64,000 nt of DNA from Abditibacterium sp. (GCA_965199495.1 CBDASK010000003.1:1248001-1312000), one strand, 5' to 3'. Positions 45,021-55,554 are shown, counted from the stretch's first letter. Made by a program: numbers and translations. Notes: generated from the sequence alone by a model not told the origin.

Positions 45021-45803
45021 TTACGAATTCACCACGCCCTCGACCGGGCTGCTCGCGCTGCCATACAATTTCTTCGGCATGCGCCCGGCTTCGTAGGCCA
45101 AACGCCCGGCTTCGACCGCGCTTTTCATGGCGACGGCCATCTTCTGCGGATTGCGGGCGCCGTAAACCGCCGTTTGCAGCAGCACGCCGTCCATGCCCAA
45201 CTCCATCGCGAAAGCCGCCTCGGATGCCGTCCCAACTCCGGCGTCCACAATAACGGGACACCCAATTTTTTCGCGGATAATCTGCAAATTGGTCGGGTTG
45301 CGAATGCCCAAACCCGAACCAATCGGCGCAGCGAGGGGCATCACGGCGGCGCAACCCATCTGTTCGAGTTTCTGGCACACGATCAAATCGTCGGAGCAAT
45401 AGGGCAAAACCGTGAAGCCGTCTTCGATCAAGATTTTGGCGGCTTCGAGCGTCATTTCGTTGTCGGGAAACAGCGTGTCGGCGTCGCCAATGACTTCAAG
45501 TTTGACCCAGTTGGTATCCAACAATTCGCGGCCCAATTGCGCGGTCAAAATCGCGTCTTTGACGTTGTAACACATCGCGGTATTGGGCAAAACGCGCACG
45601 TTTTTCAGATAATCAATCAAGTTTTGGCCGCTACTTTCATTGAGCGGCACGCGCCGAATCGCGCAGGTCACCAAGTCGGTGCCCGAAAGTTCGATGCACT
45701 CTTTCATCAAGTCAAACGACACGTTTTTGCCGGTGCCAAAGAGCAGGCGCGAACCGAGTTCTTCGCCCGCGATTGTCAATTTAGGATTCATAATTTCGCC
45801 CAT
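45021..45803 (-). CDS. thiG: Thiazole synthase
   Basis: SRLLFGTGK, LPNTA, WVKLEVIGD, VMPLAAPIGSG, VDAGVG. Confidence 0.95.
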   Translation of the reverse strand: MGEIMNPKLTIAGEELGSRLLFGTGKNVSFDLMKECIELSGTDLVTCAIRRVPLNESSGQNLIDYLKNVRVLPNTAMCYNVKDAILTAQLGRELLDTNWVKLEVIGDADTLFPDNEMTLEAAKILIEDGFTVLPYCSDDLIVCQKLEQMGCAAVMPLAAPIGSGLGIRNPTNLQIIREKIGCPVIVDAGVGTASEAAFAMELGMDGVLLQTAVYGARNPQKMAVAMKSAVEAGRLAYEAGRMPKKLYGSASSPVEGVVNS

Positions 45804-45812
45804 TGCAGACGC

Positions 45813-46010
45813 TCAACCGCCCTGCACGGCGCGGATTATTTCGACAACATCGCCTTCATTTAACGCGTGCGCCGCATGATTGGCGCGCCGCACCACGCTT
45901 TGGTTGACAGCCACGGCCAGACCAACCGGCTCAAATTGGAGTTCGCGCAACAATTGCGCGACGGTTGTGGCAGTGGTTTCGCGAGGTTCGCCGTTAAGTG
46001 TGATTTTCAT
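45813..46010 (-). CDS. thiS: Sulfur carrier protein ThiS
   Basis: MKITLNGE, AVAVNQSVV, C-terminal VQGG. Confidence 0.93.
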   Translation of the reverse strand: MKITLNGEPRETTATTVAQLLRELQFEPVGLAVAVNQSVVRRANHAAHALNEGDVVEIIRAVQGG

Positions 46011-46019
46011 TTCAATCCC

Positions 46020-46114
46020 GTAGAGACACCGACTTGTCGTGTCTAAAAAAGTTGAGCTTGCTTTAACGTTTCGGAAAACACGACGTTTTAGACACGACAA
46101 GTCGGTGTCTCTAC
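46020..46114. repeat. GTAG-type REP doublet, family A, overlapping the thiO 3' end
   Basis: Arms identical to the 20945-21038 copy. Confidence 0.9.
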
Positions 46115-47185
46115 GAATCGTTCTAATTCAAACGTCTCCAACACCGCTTCGCCGCGCAACACCGCGCCAACAACCAACTCCGCCGTGCGCGGCGCCAGCA
46201 AAATGCCGTTGCGCCCGTGTCCCGTCGCGTAACTCAAATTTTCGATTGGCCCGCGTCCCAAAATCGGCAAACCATCCGATGAAACCGGACGCAAACCCGA
46301 CCAACTCGTTTCGAGCGGCATCTCGGTGACAACCGGCGCCAACGCGCGCGCCGCTTCCAACAACTGCGCCGTGTTTTCGGGCGTCACGCGCTTTTCAAAT
46401 CCGATTTCTTCAACTGTCGCGCCCACGAGCAAACGCCCGTCGCGTCGCGGAATCAGATAACAATGCGCGCCATAAACGATATGATTCAGCAAATGTCCGC
46501 CGCGCAGTTGCAACATCTGCCCGGCGACGGGACGCACCGGCGGCGTGGCTGCATCGGGCAAACCAAAACGTTGTCCGCTCCATGCGCCCGCGCTCAAAAC
46601 GATGTGTTCGATTTCAATTCGCACATCGGCGGTAACTACAGCCACGGTGCGGTCGTTCTCGATTTCGATGCGACGAACCGGCGTATTCTGGTGAATTTCA
46701 ACGCCCGCCATTTCGCACGCCAAACGCAACGCGCGCGTCAAAAGGCGCGGCTCGACTTGTCCATCGCGCTCGAACCAAAAGGCTTCACGTCCGTTCCAAA
46801 AAACAGAATTTGAACCGCTAATTTCTTCGTCGGGAACCATCAAAATTCCCGGTTCGCGCCAATCGCAGGTCGGACTACCGATTTGACAAAGCTCGACATC
46901 AACGCCAGTTAGTTCCAATAATTCGGCGGCGAAAGCGGGATATAAATCGCGCGATTGCACGCATAACTCGAACATCGCATCGCGCATCGCGCGCGTGCCA
47001 CCGAATTGATGAATCGCGGCTTCGGGGCCGGGCGCCAGCATTCCACCCGCCGCCCACGACGCTTCGCCGCCAATTACACCGCGCTCAAACACAGCCACGC
47101 GCGCGCCTCTTTGTGCCAGACGCCACGCGCACGCAAGTCCAATCGCGCCGCCGCCAACTATCGCCACATCGGGCCGATTTCCCAT
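46088..47185 (-). CDS. thiO: Glycine oxidase ThiO
   Basis: GGGAIG, ASWAAGGML, YLIPRRDG, WSGLRP, GHGRNGILLAP. Confidence 0.92.
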   Translation of the reverse strand: MGNRPDVAIVGGGAIGLACAWRLAQRGARVAVFERGVIGGEASWAAGGMLAPGPEAAIHQFGGTRAMRDAMFELCVQSRDLYPAFAAELLELTGVDVELCQIGSPTCDWREPGILMVPDEEISGSNSVFWNGREAFWFERDGQVEPRLLTRALRLACEMAGVEIHQNTPVRRIEIENDRTVAVVTADVRIEIEHIVLSAGAWSGQRFGLPDAATPPVRPVAGQMLQLRGGHLLNHIVYGAHCYLIPRRDGRLLVGATVEEIGFEKRVTPENTAQLLEAARALAPVVTEMPLETSWSGLRPVSSDGLPILGRGPIENLSYATGHGRNGILLAPRTAELVVGAVLRGEAVLETFELERFVETPTCRV

Positions 47186-47279
47186 AAAAACAGTGTAGAC
47201 GGCAGGATGCGCCTTACGGCAATCAATTCTTCAAAACTTTATTGATTTGCAATTGATTTTCAGTCATAATTGTTTTACT

Positions 47280-47957
47280 ATGATATATTTCGTTCAAAAA
47301 TCCTTTTCTATCCAGCAAAAAAGAAGAGGATTTACCCTTGTCGAAATTTTGGTGGTGTTGGCGATAATAATGTCACTCGCAGCATTGCTCTTCCCCGTTT
47401 TCGCGCGGGTGCGCGAGAATGGACGCAAAGCCTCTTGCCAGAGCAACCTCAAACAATTGGCTTTGTCCGTGCAAGAATATGTTGCCGATCATGGACATCG
47501 TTATCCCAGCATAAATGGCTTCAGAGAGGCTTTGTCACCTTACGTCAAAAGCGAAGAAATCTATTATTGTCCGTCGCAAAAACAGCATCGCCCCGATAAA
47601 GATACTTATCAATATAACTCTTTCCGCTTGAATCGGGCGATTGCCAATCCGGAACCTTTTCCAAGTATTCCCACGACTCTGATCGGGCGCAACGAAACCT
47701 CTGTGCCCGAAGTCACAACGATTTGGCTGCAATCGGATATGGGTCACGATTGGAATGATAATGATGGTTTTGTTGCAGTGCGTTCTTCCTGCACCGACGA
47801 AATCGGCAGAATAGGGATATTGGGAGTGAATCTGCATTCTGGTGGCGGAAACTACTCCTTTTTGGATGGGCACGTCAAGTGGCTTACACCGCAAGCTCTG
47901 GGTGAAACCGAATGTAGAAATCCGGTTTATGACCCCAACAACGCTCCCGCCGATTAA
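47280..47957 (+). CDS. Prepilin-type N-terminal cleavage / DUF1559 / H-X9-DG protein
   Basis: RRGFTLVEILVVLAII..LFPVF, SCQSNLKQLAL, HSGGGNYSFLDGHVKW. Confidence 0.9.
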   Translation: MIYFVQKSFSIQQKRRGFTLVEILVVLAIIMSLAALLFPVFARVRENGRKASCQSNLKQLALSVQEYVADHGHRYPSINGFREALSPYVKSEEIYYCPSQKQHRPDKDTYQYNSFRLNRAIANPEPFPSIPTTLIGRNETSVPEVTTIWLQSDMGHDWNDNDGFVAVRSSCTDEIGRIGILGVNLHSGGGNYSFLDGHVKWLTPQALGETECRNPVYDPNNAPAD

Positions 47958-47990
47958 TTCAACTGGACTCCATTCAACCGCAAAGGCTTA

Positions 47991-50717
47991 TTATCCCGTC
48001 GTGCGCAAACCGCTCGCAATTGCGTTAATTGATAGTAACAATTCCGGCAGCATCGCTTCGGCGGCGGCATCTTCGCCCGCTTCGTGCAATGCGCGCCATT
48101 TCTTGATGAGTTCGATTTGCTGCTCGTGCAAAACGTGAAGCGCGTGCGCGCGCACTTCCAGAGTTTTCATCATGCGCGGTCGGCGTGTCGCCATCGTGCC
48201 GCCCCAGATCAGTTCGAGGGCTTGCGCAGTTTTGTCCCACTCGGCGCAGATCAGGCCAAAGATGCGGTCGCGCGTCGTTTTGTCCTCGACCAAATCGGCG
48301 TATTGCGCCATCAAAGCGCGGTCGGTTGAGGCCAAATTGCTTTCGACATTAGTCAAAACATAACGCAAAAATTTCCACTGTTTGACGCCCGCCGCGAAAA
48401 GGTCGAAATCGGCGGGCGCATTTTCGCGCAGTTCCATCAAACCACTGCCGATGCCATACCAACCGGGCAAATAAAAGCGGCTCTGATTCCACGAGAAAAC
48501 CCACGGAATCGCACGCAAATCGTCCAAAGTCGCCTGGCCAGTGCGGCGCGCCGGGCGGCTGCCGATGCGCGATTGTTCCAAAACATCAATCGGCGTGGCT
48601 TGGCGAAAGAACGGGATGAAATCTTCGCTCGTCAGCAATTTTCGATAGGCCGCGCCCGACAATTTCGCCATTTCCGACGCGATTTCGTCCAGGCCGAAAT
48701 CGGGTTTTTCGCGCCGTTGATGCCGCAACGTATTGGACGTGACGCCCGCCAACAAAAGTTCGAGATTGTAAGTCGCCGTCGCGCGGTTGCCGAACTTTTG
48801 CGCGATAGTTTCGCCCTGCTCAGTCAATCTTACATCGCCCGAAAGTGAGCCGTGCGGCAACGCTTCCAAAAAGCGATGCGTCGGCCCGGCGCCGCGCGAA
48901 ATCGTGCCGCCGCGTCCGTGGAAAAAGCGGATTTTAACGCCGGTTTCGCGCCCGACTTGCGCCATCGCGCTCTGCCCGCTTTGCAGCGCCCACTGCGAGG
49001 CGAAGATGCCCCTGTCTTTGTTGGAATCCGAATATCCGACCATAATTTGCTGCGTCGGCGGATAGGCGCCCGCCTGTTTTTGCAGCGACAAGCGCGCCAC
49101 CGGATGCTCCAGCCACGCCCGCAGAATGCGCGGCGAATTTTGCAAATCTTCGACGGTCTCAAAGAGCGGCACGACCGGGAGGGCGCACACCAAACCTTCG
49201 CCGGTCATGCGCGTCAAACCAGCCTCGCGCGCCAAGACGAAAACGACCAGTAAATCCGAGAGCGAACGCGTCATCGAAACGATGAGCGAGCCGATGCCCG
49301 CGCCGTATTTGTCTATGTGCGCCGCCAAAACATGATAGCATTCCAAGACCGCCGCCGCCTCGCCTTCGACGCGCGCGCCGGGATGCAGAAATGGGCGCGG
49401 CGAACGCAATTCCTCGTTCAAAAACCGCAAGCGATCCGCTTCGCTCCAATCGCCGAAATCTTCGCCATCCAAGCCCGCCGCGACCATCAGTTGCGACAAC
49501 GCTTTATCGTGCCACGCCGAATTTTGCCGAATATCGAGGCTCGCCAGATGAAAGCCGAAGCAATCGAGCGCACGCTCAATTGGCCCGACATCGCTGACCG
49601 CCAGACGGTGAGCGCCGACCCATTCGAGCGCGCTTTTCAAAACGTTTAAATCACTTTGCAACTGTTCGGGAACGCGATAAAACGCGCTTTCATCCAGCAA
49701 ATACGGCTGGTCGGCGCGCGAATCAATCGGCAATTTGGCGATCATCAAACGCGTGAACTGGCGCCACGGTTCTTCCTCGTCTTCGCTTAAAATCGGCGCC
49801 GCGCGTTCGCCCAATTCGGCAGCCAAACGCGCGATATTTTCGCCCAAAAACGCGGGCGGAGTTTGTCCGTAAACCGACAAACTCATCTTTTGCGCCAACC
49901 GTTCTAATCTACGTTCCAAAACCACGAGCGCGTTCAAACGCAGTTCGGCCAATGTATTTTGCGTGACCTGCGCCGTGACGAGAGCGTGTCCGTCTCGGTC
50001 ACCGCCGACCCAGGTGCCAAAGCGCAGACGCGGCATTTTCAGTTCGTCCAAATTCCAACCCGCCGCCTTCCACGCCGCGCGCAATCGGTCGTCCAAACGC
50101 ACCAGCGCATCGGGAAAGATTTCGCGCAGATAATGTTCGATTTGATGGCGTTCGTCGGCGACTTCGGGTTTGGCGAGCAAAATTTCGCCGGTGCGCCACA
50201 AACGCTCCAAAATCGCTTTGACGCGGCGCCGAATTTCATCGTGTTCGGCGGGCGTCAGATTCGGATTTTCGCGCTCGCCCAGCGCGCGAAACAAATCGCG
50301 ATGTTGCTCCAAAACCGTCAAGCGTTTGGCCTCGGTCGGATGTGCCGTCAAAACCGGTTCGACGCGAATCACCGGCAAAAAATCGGCGATTTCGCCCGAC
50401 GAAAAACCGTCGGCTGCCAACTTTTGCAGTGTTTCGCCCCATAAACCGCGCTCGGCGGCCATGCCATCTTCCGATTCGCGCTTACGTCGTGTTTGCGCGG
50501 CGGCATTTTCCTCGACCAAATTGAGCAACTGAAACGCGACCGAAAACGCCTGCCCCAAACGCGGCGGCGATGTGTCGGGCGCGGGCACATCGTCCCACGG
50601 CAAAGCGGCAGCGAGTTCGGGTTGGCCGAGGTCTTCCAAAACCTCGCGGAAACAGATTATGAGGAATTCGAGGTCGGAATCAATTTTGGAAAAAGCGTAA
50701 TCGGTGAAGTCGGACAT
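47991..50717 (-). CDS. ppc: Phosphoenolpyruvate carboxylase
   Basis: VLTAHPTE, WVGGDRDG, VPLFET, GYSDSNKD, FHGRGG, LRAIPWVFSW.Q, C-terminal LRTTG. Confidence 0.95.
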   Translation of the reverse strand: MSDFTDYAFSKIDSDLEFLIICFREVLEDLGQPELAAALPWDDVPAPDTSPPRLGQAFSVAFQLLNLVEENAAAQTRRKRESEDGMAAERGLWGETLQKLAADGFSSGEIADFLPVIRVEPVLTAHPTEAKRLTVLEQHRDLFRALGERENPNLTPAEHDEIRRRVKAILERLWRTGEILLAKPEVADERHQIEHYLREIFPDALVRLDDRLRAAWKAAGWNLDELKMPRLRFGTWVGGDRDGHALVTAQVTQNTLAELRLNALVVLERRLERLAQKMSLSVYGQTPPAFLGENIARLAAELGERAAPILSEDEEEPWRQFTRLMIAKLPIDSRADQPYLLDESAFYRVPEQLQSDLNVLKSALEWVGAHRLAVSDVGPIERALDCFGFHLASLDIRQNSAWHDKALSQLMVAAGLDGEDFGDWSEADRLRFLNEELRSPRPFLHPGARVEGEAAAVLECYHVLAAHIDKYGAGIGSLIVSMTRSLSDLLVVFVLAREAGLTRMTGEGLVCALPVVPLFETVEDLQNSPRILRAWLEHPVARLSLQKQAGAYPPTQQIMVGYSDSNKDRGIFASQWALQSGQSAMAQVGRETGVKIRFFHGRGGTISRGAGPTHRFLEALPHGSLSGDVRLTEQGETIAQKFGNRATATYNLELLLAGVTSNTLRHQRREKPDFGLDEIASEMAKLSGAAYRKLLTSEDFIPFFRQATPIDVLEQSRIGSRPARRTGQATLDDLRAIPWVFSWNQSRFYLPGWYGIGSGLMELRENAPADFDLFAAGVKQWKFLRYVLTNVESNLASTDRALMAQYADLVEDKTTRDRIFGLICAEWDKTAQALELIWGGTMATRRPRMMKTLEVRAHALHVLHEQQIELIKKWRALHEAGEDAAAEAMLPELLLSINAIASGLRTTG

Positions 50718-50871
50718 AAGTGCGCGGCGCCGTGGCTGCTGTCATTGGGCCAATGCTAAATATATCACGCCTCGTGCCGCGAAGAATTACGAGAATGTTT
50801 CGCCGCGCCCAAAGACAAAAATTGGCGGATGTAACTTGCCCGAAGAAAGATTGTCGCACACAAGCGAATTT

Positions 50872-52383
50872 ATGAAATTTTCTCGACTCGCTTGTCTCGC
50901 GCTGGCTTTTCCGTTCGCGCTCAACTTCAATGTCGCGCGCGCGGGCGAAGCTGTGACTGTCACGGTGCAAAACGGCGCGCGCCAGACTTTCCAAGGTTTG
51001 GGCGTTTCGCAGGGCAACTGGGGCCGCGATTATCAAAAGCTGAGCGCACCCGAACGCGCGCAACTGTCCAAAATGTTGTTCGGCGATTTGAAACTGAAAT
51101 CGCTGCGTTTGTGGATTAACCTCAACGAATACGCGCCCGACGATAAAACGCGCACGACGGCGGATTTTCGCGCGCGTTATATAAATTCGGGTCTCATCGC
51201 CGATGCTCAGAAAAATGGCGTCGTCAATTTGTTGTTGGCGCCTGATAACGCGCCGCCTTATCTCAAAATTAAGCGCGATGGCGGTGCCCAAGATTTTTTT
51301 ATACCGCGCGAGAATTTGCCCGCTTACGCCGCCGTTATCGCCGATTTCATCGCCCAAATTCGGCGCGAAACCGGCGTTTTAATTGGCGTGACCGGTTTGC
51401 AAAACGAACCGAACGATTTAGATCGGATCGCGCCCGCTGATTTTGGCGTCGCGGTCAAGGCGTTGCGCGTGGCTCTTGACGAACGCGGTTTGCAAGCCGT
51501 CCAAATTATCGCGCCCGAACAGGCCAATGTAGATGGAACGATGGAGCAGTCGGTTGACGCAATTAAAGCCGATCCGCAAGCGTGGAGCGCGTTGAGCGCC
51601 ATCGCTTCGCATTCGTATAACATGGCGGCGACCGAGAAAATCGCGCGGACAATCGCGGCGCCCGACGGCACGAATTTGAAAAATTACTGGCAAACCGAAG
51701 CCAGCGCCAACGGCGCCGAAGCTCCAGGCGATAATCTTCAAGCCGCGAGTTTAGCCACGCGATTTCTCAGCGACATGAACCATCGAGTGACGCATTGGAT
51801 TCACTTCATCGGCGCCGAAATCCCCGACTCAAAAGACAACGCCACGCGCATTTTGGCCTACACGACGAATCCACTGCAAATCACCAAATTTCGCAAATAC
51901 GATTATTATCGCGCGCTTTCCCAAACCTTCGATGTCGGCGCGCAGTTTCGCCGCTCGCTCAGTGATAAGGAAAACGAAATGACGTGGACTTACGGCCCCA
52001 AACCGCGCCTCACCGTCGCGGCGGCGCGCAATCCCGACGGAACTTGGGGCATCGGAATCTCGAATTTCACCGCGCCAAATTTCGCGCAAAAACCCGGCAA
52101 CGACGGATTCACCAACGGATATTCGGCGCAAACTTTCGATGTGACGGTGAAAGTGCCGGAACTCAAAGGCGCGCTGTTCACGATTCATCGCAACGGGCCA
52201 AATGGAGACAAAACCGACACAGCGATGATGATGCGCGATGGTTCAATTACGATTAAGGATGTCGCGCCGCTGGAATTGGTCACGCTCCGCTCGGTGGAAG
52301 TCGAGGTTCATGTGGGGCAATTCCGCAAAATGGACAACGCTGATGTGCAATATTTTCGCGTTGGGAAGTCAATTGGATTTTAG
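50872..52383 (+). CDS. Secreted clan GH-A glycoside hydrolase (GH30-like)
   Basis: Signal peptide; RQTFQGLG; acid/base LQNEP; ASHSY; nucleophile WQTE. Confidence 0.7.
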   Translation: MKFSRLACLALAFPFALNFNVARAGEAVTVTVQNGARQTFQGLGVSQGNWGRDYQKLSAPERAQLSKMLFGDLKLKSLRLWINLNEYAPDDKTRTTADFRARYINSGLIADAQKNGVVNLLLAPDNAPPYLKIKRDGGAQDFFIPRENLPAYAAVIADFIAQIRRETGVLIGVTGLQNEPNDLDRIAPADFGVAVKALRVALDERGLQAVQIIAPEQANVDGTMEQSVDAIKADPQAWSALSAIASHSYNMAATEKIARTIAAPDGTNLKNYWQTEASANGAEAPGDNLQAASLATRFLSDMNHRVTHWIHFIGAEIPDSKDNATRILAYTTNPLQITKFRKYDYYRALSQTFDVGAQFRRSLSDKENEMTWTYGPKPRLTVAAARNPDGTWGIGISNFTAPNFAQKPGNDGFTNGYSAQTFDVTVKVPELKGALFTIHRNGPNGDKTDTAMMMRDGSITIKDVAPLELVTLRSVEVEVHVGQFRKMDNADVQYFRVGKSIGF

Positions 52384-52441
52384 ATAGTAGTGTTCTTGCA
52401 TCCGTCGTTTTGAGAGTGACATCACGCTGTGTTCTGCGTTT

Positions 52442-52659
52442 GTTCTGCGGGGCAAACGCACACCAAATTGAGCGTGAATCGTAGGGTCACCGGCCGGGTG
52501 CCCTTTGGGCGGATGACCGCAAAGTCACGGCTTTTGGTCAAGTCCAAGTTCTTGCCAAACAACAAAGTCAATTGACCTTTGCGGTCACGGCAAGCCGGTG
52601 ACCCTACGTTTCACGCTCAATTTATAGTGCGTTTGCCCTGGGCGTCAGCCCCGCAGAAC
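52442..52659. repeat. Nested palindromic elements (GTAG doublet 52481-52607 inside two outer inverted-repeat pairs)
   Basis: GTTCTGCGGGGCAAACGCAC / GTGCGTTTGCCC..CCCCGCAGAAC; AAATTGAGCGTGAA / TTCACGCTCAATTT; GTAGGGTCACCGGC / GCCGGTGACCCTAC. Confidence 0.8.
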
Positions 52660-52693
52660 GTAGAACATAGCGCGAACGACACGACCGACCGAA

Positions 52694-54481
52694 TTATGCC
52701 TCAAGCGTTCGTTCCAATTGCGCGGCGGCGTCGAACTTCACGTCGTCCAACAAATCGGCGTCCGGCGATGGCGCGCGCGAATCGCCGTTTTCGCCAGTGG
52801 CTTCGGCGCGCAGTTGGCGTTCGATGGCGCGGCCATGCGCCCGCGTGTCATCTATCTGCTGCGAGGCTTCGTGCAACTTCTGTTGCACCGCGTCCAAAAC
52901 CTCGCCGTATTGGCCGAACTCGGCTTTGACTTGCCCCAGCGTGTTCCAAATCTCGCTCGAACGGCGCTGAATCGCGAGCGTACGAAAGCCCATCGCAAGC
53001 GCGCTCAGCGTCGCTGCCATCGCCGCCGGGCCAGCGACGGTCACGCCAAACTCGCGCTGCAAATCGGCGGCTAAGTCGGCGCGGCGCATCACTTCGGCAG
53101 ACAAACCTTCGGTCGGCAAAAACAGAATCGCGAAGCCAGTCGTGTGCGGCGGCCCAATGAAATCGCGGCAGATTTCCTGCGCGTGCGCTCGGATTTGCGC
53201 TTCCAATTGCGCGCCCGCCGCTTCGATTTCGGTTTTGTCGCCAGCTTCGTAAGCCGCCATCAAACGCCGGTAATTTTCCTGCGGGAAACTGGCGTCAATC
53301 GGCAGCCAAACCGTGTCCGGCGCATCATTTTGTGCGGGCAGACGAATCGCGAAATCGGCGCGATTTTCGCGGTCGGGAACAACAGCCACGGCGGCGCCAT
53401 ACTGGTCGGACGCAAGCGTTTGTTCGAGCAAATCGCGCAATGAATCGCCGCTCTTGCGACTTTCTTGAACGTGAACCAAGACGCGATTCAGGTCGCCGCC
53501 ACTGGCCAAAACTTGCACTTCGCCGAGTTCCGCGTGAACCGATTCCAAGCGCTGCGAGACCGTCCGCAACGATTGGCCCAGCCGCTCATCGAGCGTGCCC
53601 GGCGATTTTTCGCCGCTCTGGCGCAACGCTCCCAACTGGCGCGGGTTGAGAGGAACGTTGTCGCCCCCCAACAATTGCAGCCAATTCTCGACAACGCCGC
53701 GCAGCACTTCCGCGCGCATGCCGGAGCGCGTATCGGCGCCCGCAGCGATGGCGTTCATGCGCGCGACGAGCGAATCGAACTGGCCGCGTTGCGCCTCGCC
53801 CAGCGCCCGATTGTGGCTCGCGGCCTCGGTCAGTTGAGCCAACGCCCCTTGCAGTTCCAGACGCATCTGCCGCGCCGTTTCGCCATCGGTCAAACGTTTG
53901 GCATTCCAATTTTCGTCGTTCGCGCTATGCAGCGCTTCCAGACTTTCCATGATCGCGTCGTCGAGCGAGTGCAGTTGACTGGCGCTCCGCTCGCTCAGCG
54001 CCGCCAGACGTTGCTCGAAAGTATCGAAACGTTGCCCCTGTTGCGCCGTGGCTGCGATCACCTGATGCACCAATTCGGCGCGCAGACGGTCGGAGTCGGT
54101 CTGGCTGACATCTCCCAGATTCTCGATTTGATCGCCCAAAACTTTGGCAAAACCACTCAAATTCGCGTTCAACTGCGGCCCCAGCGTTTCGCGCAATGTC
54201 GCGTTTTCGTCCTGCAACGCCAGAAAACTTTCGGCGAGTTTTTCCATCGAAGCGCCAGTTTCGTCGCGCCCGGCGCGCGCCTGTTCATCGGCTTCGCGCC
54301 GATTGACCGACAATTCTTCGCGCACGACGGATTCCAAATGCTCTTGCCCTTTTTGTAATCCGTCGTAAGCCTCTTTCAAAGGAGCCACGTCGGCGGATTT
54401 TTGGCGCCGCCACAACACAAATATCAGCAGCAGAACGAGAGTTTGTAAGCCAACAATGGCGAACAATAAGAGATCGGTCAT
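52694..54481 (-). CDS. rmuC: RmuC-family protein (divergent)
   Basis: N-terminal TM plus coiled coil; VWLPIDASFP, FAILFLPTEGL, GFRTLAIQRRSSEIW. Confidence 0.8.
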   Translation of the reverse strand: MTDLLLFAIVGLQTLVLLLIFVLWRRQKSADVAPLKEAYDGLQKGQEHLESVVREELSVNRREADEQARAGRDETGASMEKLAESFLALQDENATLRETLGPQLNANLSGFAKVLGDQIENLGDVSQTDSDRLRAELVHQVIAATAQQGQRFDTFEQRLAALSERSASQLHSLDDAIMESLEALHSANDENWNAKRLTDGETARQMRLELQGALAQLTEAASHNRALGEAQRGQFDSLVARMNAIAAGADTRSGMRAEVLRGVVENWLQLLGGDNVPLNPRQLGALRQSGEKSPGTLDERLGQSLRTVSQRLESVHAELGEVQVLASGGDLNRVLVHVQESRKSGDSLRDLLEQTLASDQYGAAVAVVPDRENRADFAIRLPAQNDAPDTVWLPIDASFPQENYRRLMAAYEAGDKTEIEAAGAQLEAQIRAHAQEICRDFIGPPHTTGFAILFLPTEGLSAEVMRRADLAADLQREFGVTVAGPAAMAATLSALAMGFRTLAIQRRSSEIWNTLGQVKAEFGQYGEVLDAVQQKLHEASQQIDDTRAHGRAIERQLRAEATGENGDSRAPSPDADLLDDVKFDAAAQLERTLEA

Positions 54482-54639
54482 GAAATTTCTCGATGAAAAT
54501 GAGGTTCTCCAGTATAGCGGCGCGATTTCTATCACACCGTCGCCCCTGTTTCGGATTCAAATCCTACCTCGCAGGTATACTTTGCCCCTCAACGTGCAAC
54601 CCGCCGTGGCTGCAAGGCGTTAAAGGTTAGATTTAGACA

Positions 54640-55551
54640 ATGACAGAGACATTTCAGCTTTCGCATTTGCGCGAACTCGAAAGCGAGGCGATCTACGTTT
54701 TGCGCGAGACCGCCGCGCAATTCGAGAATCCCGGCCTGCTGTTTTCGGGCGGCAAAGATTCCATCGTAATGGCGCACCTGGCCGCCAAAGCGTTTCATCC
54801 GGCGCGTCTGCCGTTTCCGCTCGTCCATATAGATACCGGCCACAACTTCGCCGAAACCCTCGAATTTCGCGACGAATTCGTGCGCGATTACGGTGCGCGC
54901 CTCATCATCGGCAGCGTGCAAGATTCGATTGACGCCGGAACCGCTATCGAAGAAACCGGCCCGACCGCTTCGCGCAACGCGATTCAGACTGTGACACTTT
55001 TGGAAACCATCGAAAAGTATGAATTCGATGCGCTGCTTGGCGGCGGGCGGCGCGACGAAGAAAAGGCGCGCGCCAAAGAACGTTTTTTCTCACATCGCGA
55101 CGCGTTTGGGCAATGGCAACCGAAGAATCAGCGGCCCGAATTGTGGAATATCTTCAACGGGCGCAAAAATTTCGGCGAAAATTTCCGCGTCTTCCCGCTC
55201 TCGAATTGGACGGAAATGGACGTTTGGCAATATATCCGTCAGGAAAATATTCCCTTGCCGAATTTGTATTTCTCGCACACGCGCAAAGTTATCATGCGCG
55301 CCCGCGCGTGGCTCGACGCCGAGAGCGGTTTCGTTTCGCCGCAACCGAACGAGACGATTGAAGAGCGCGTCGTGCGTTTCCGCACGATTGGCGATGTGAC
55401 TTGCACGGGCGCCGTCGAAAGTCCAGCCACGTCGCTCGATGACATCGTCGCCGAAGTCGCCGCCGCGCGCCAGACCGAGCGCGGCACGCGCGCCGACGAC
55501 CAACGCAGCGAAACCGCGATGGAAGATCGCAAACGCGCGGGATACTTTTAA
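54640..55551 (+). CDS. cysD: Sulfate adenylyltransferase subunit 2
   Basis: LFSGGKDS, HIDTGHNF, RRDEEKARAKER, NQRPELW, MEDRKRAGYF. Confidence 0.96.
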   Translation: MTETFQLSHLRELESEAIYVLRETAAQFENPGLLFSGGKDSIVMAHLAAKAFHPARLPFPLVHIDTGHNFAETLEFRDEFVRDYGARLIIGSVQDSIDAGTAIEETGPTASRNAIQTVTLLETIEKYEFDALLGGGRRDEEKARAKERFFSHRDAFGQWQPKNQRPELWNIFNGRKNFGENFRVFPLSNWTEMDVWQYIRQENIPLPNLYFSHTRKVIMRARAWLDAESGFVSPQPNETIEERVVRFRTIGDVTCTGAVESPATSLDDIVAEVAAARQTERGTRADDQRSETAMEDRKRAGYF

Positions 55552-55554
55552 AAA

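Noticed and set aside
20945..46114. Recurring ~27-bp GTAGAGACACCGAC... sequences as a CRISPR array
   Set aside because: Copies are dispersed inverted pairs, not direct repeats with unique spacers, and there are no cas genes.
47186..47279. TPP riboswitch upstream of thiO-thiS-thiG
   Set aside because: Short AT-rich region without the CTGAGA or other recognisable TPP core motifs.
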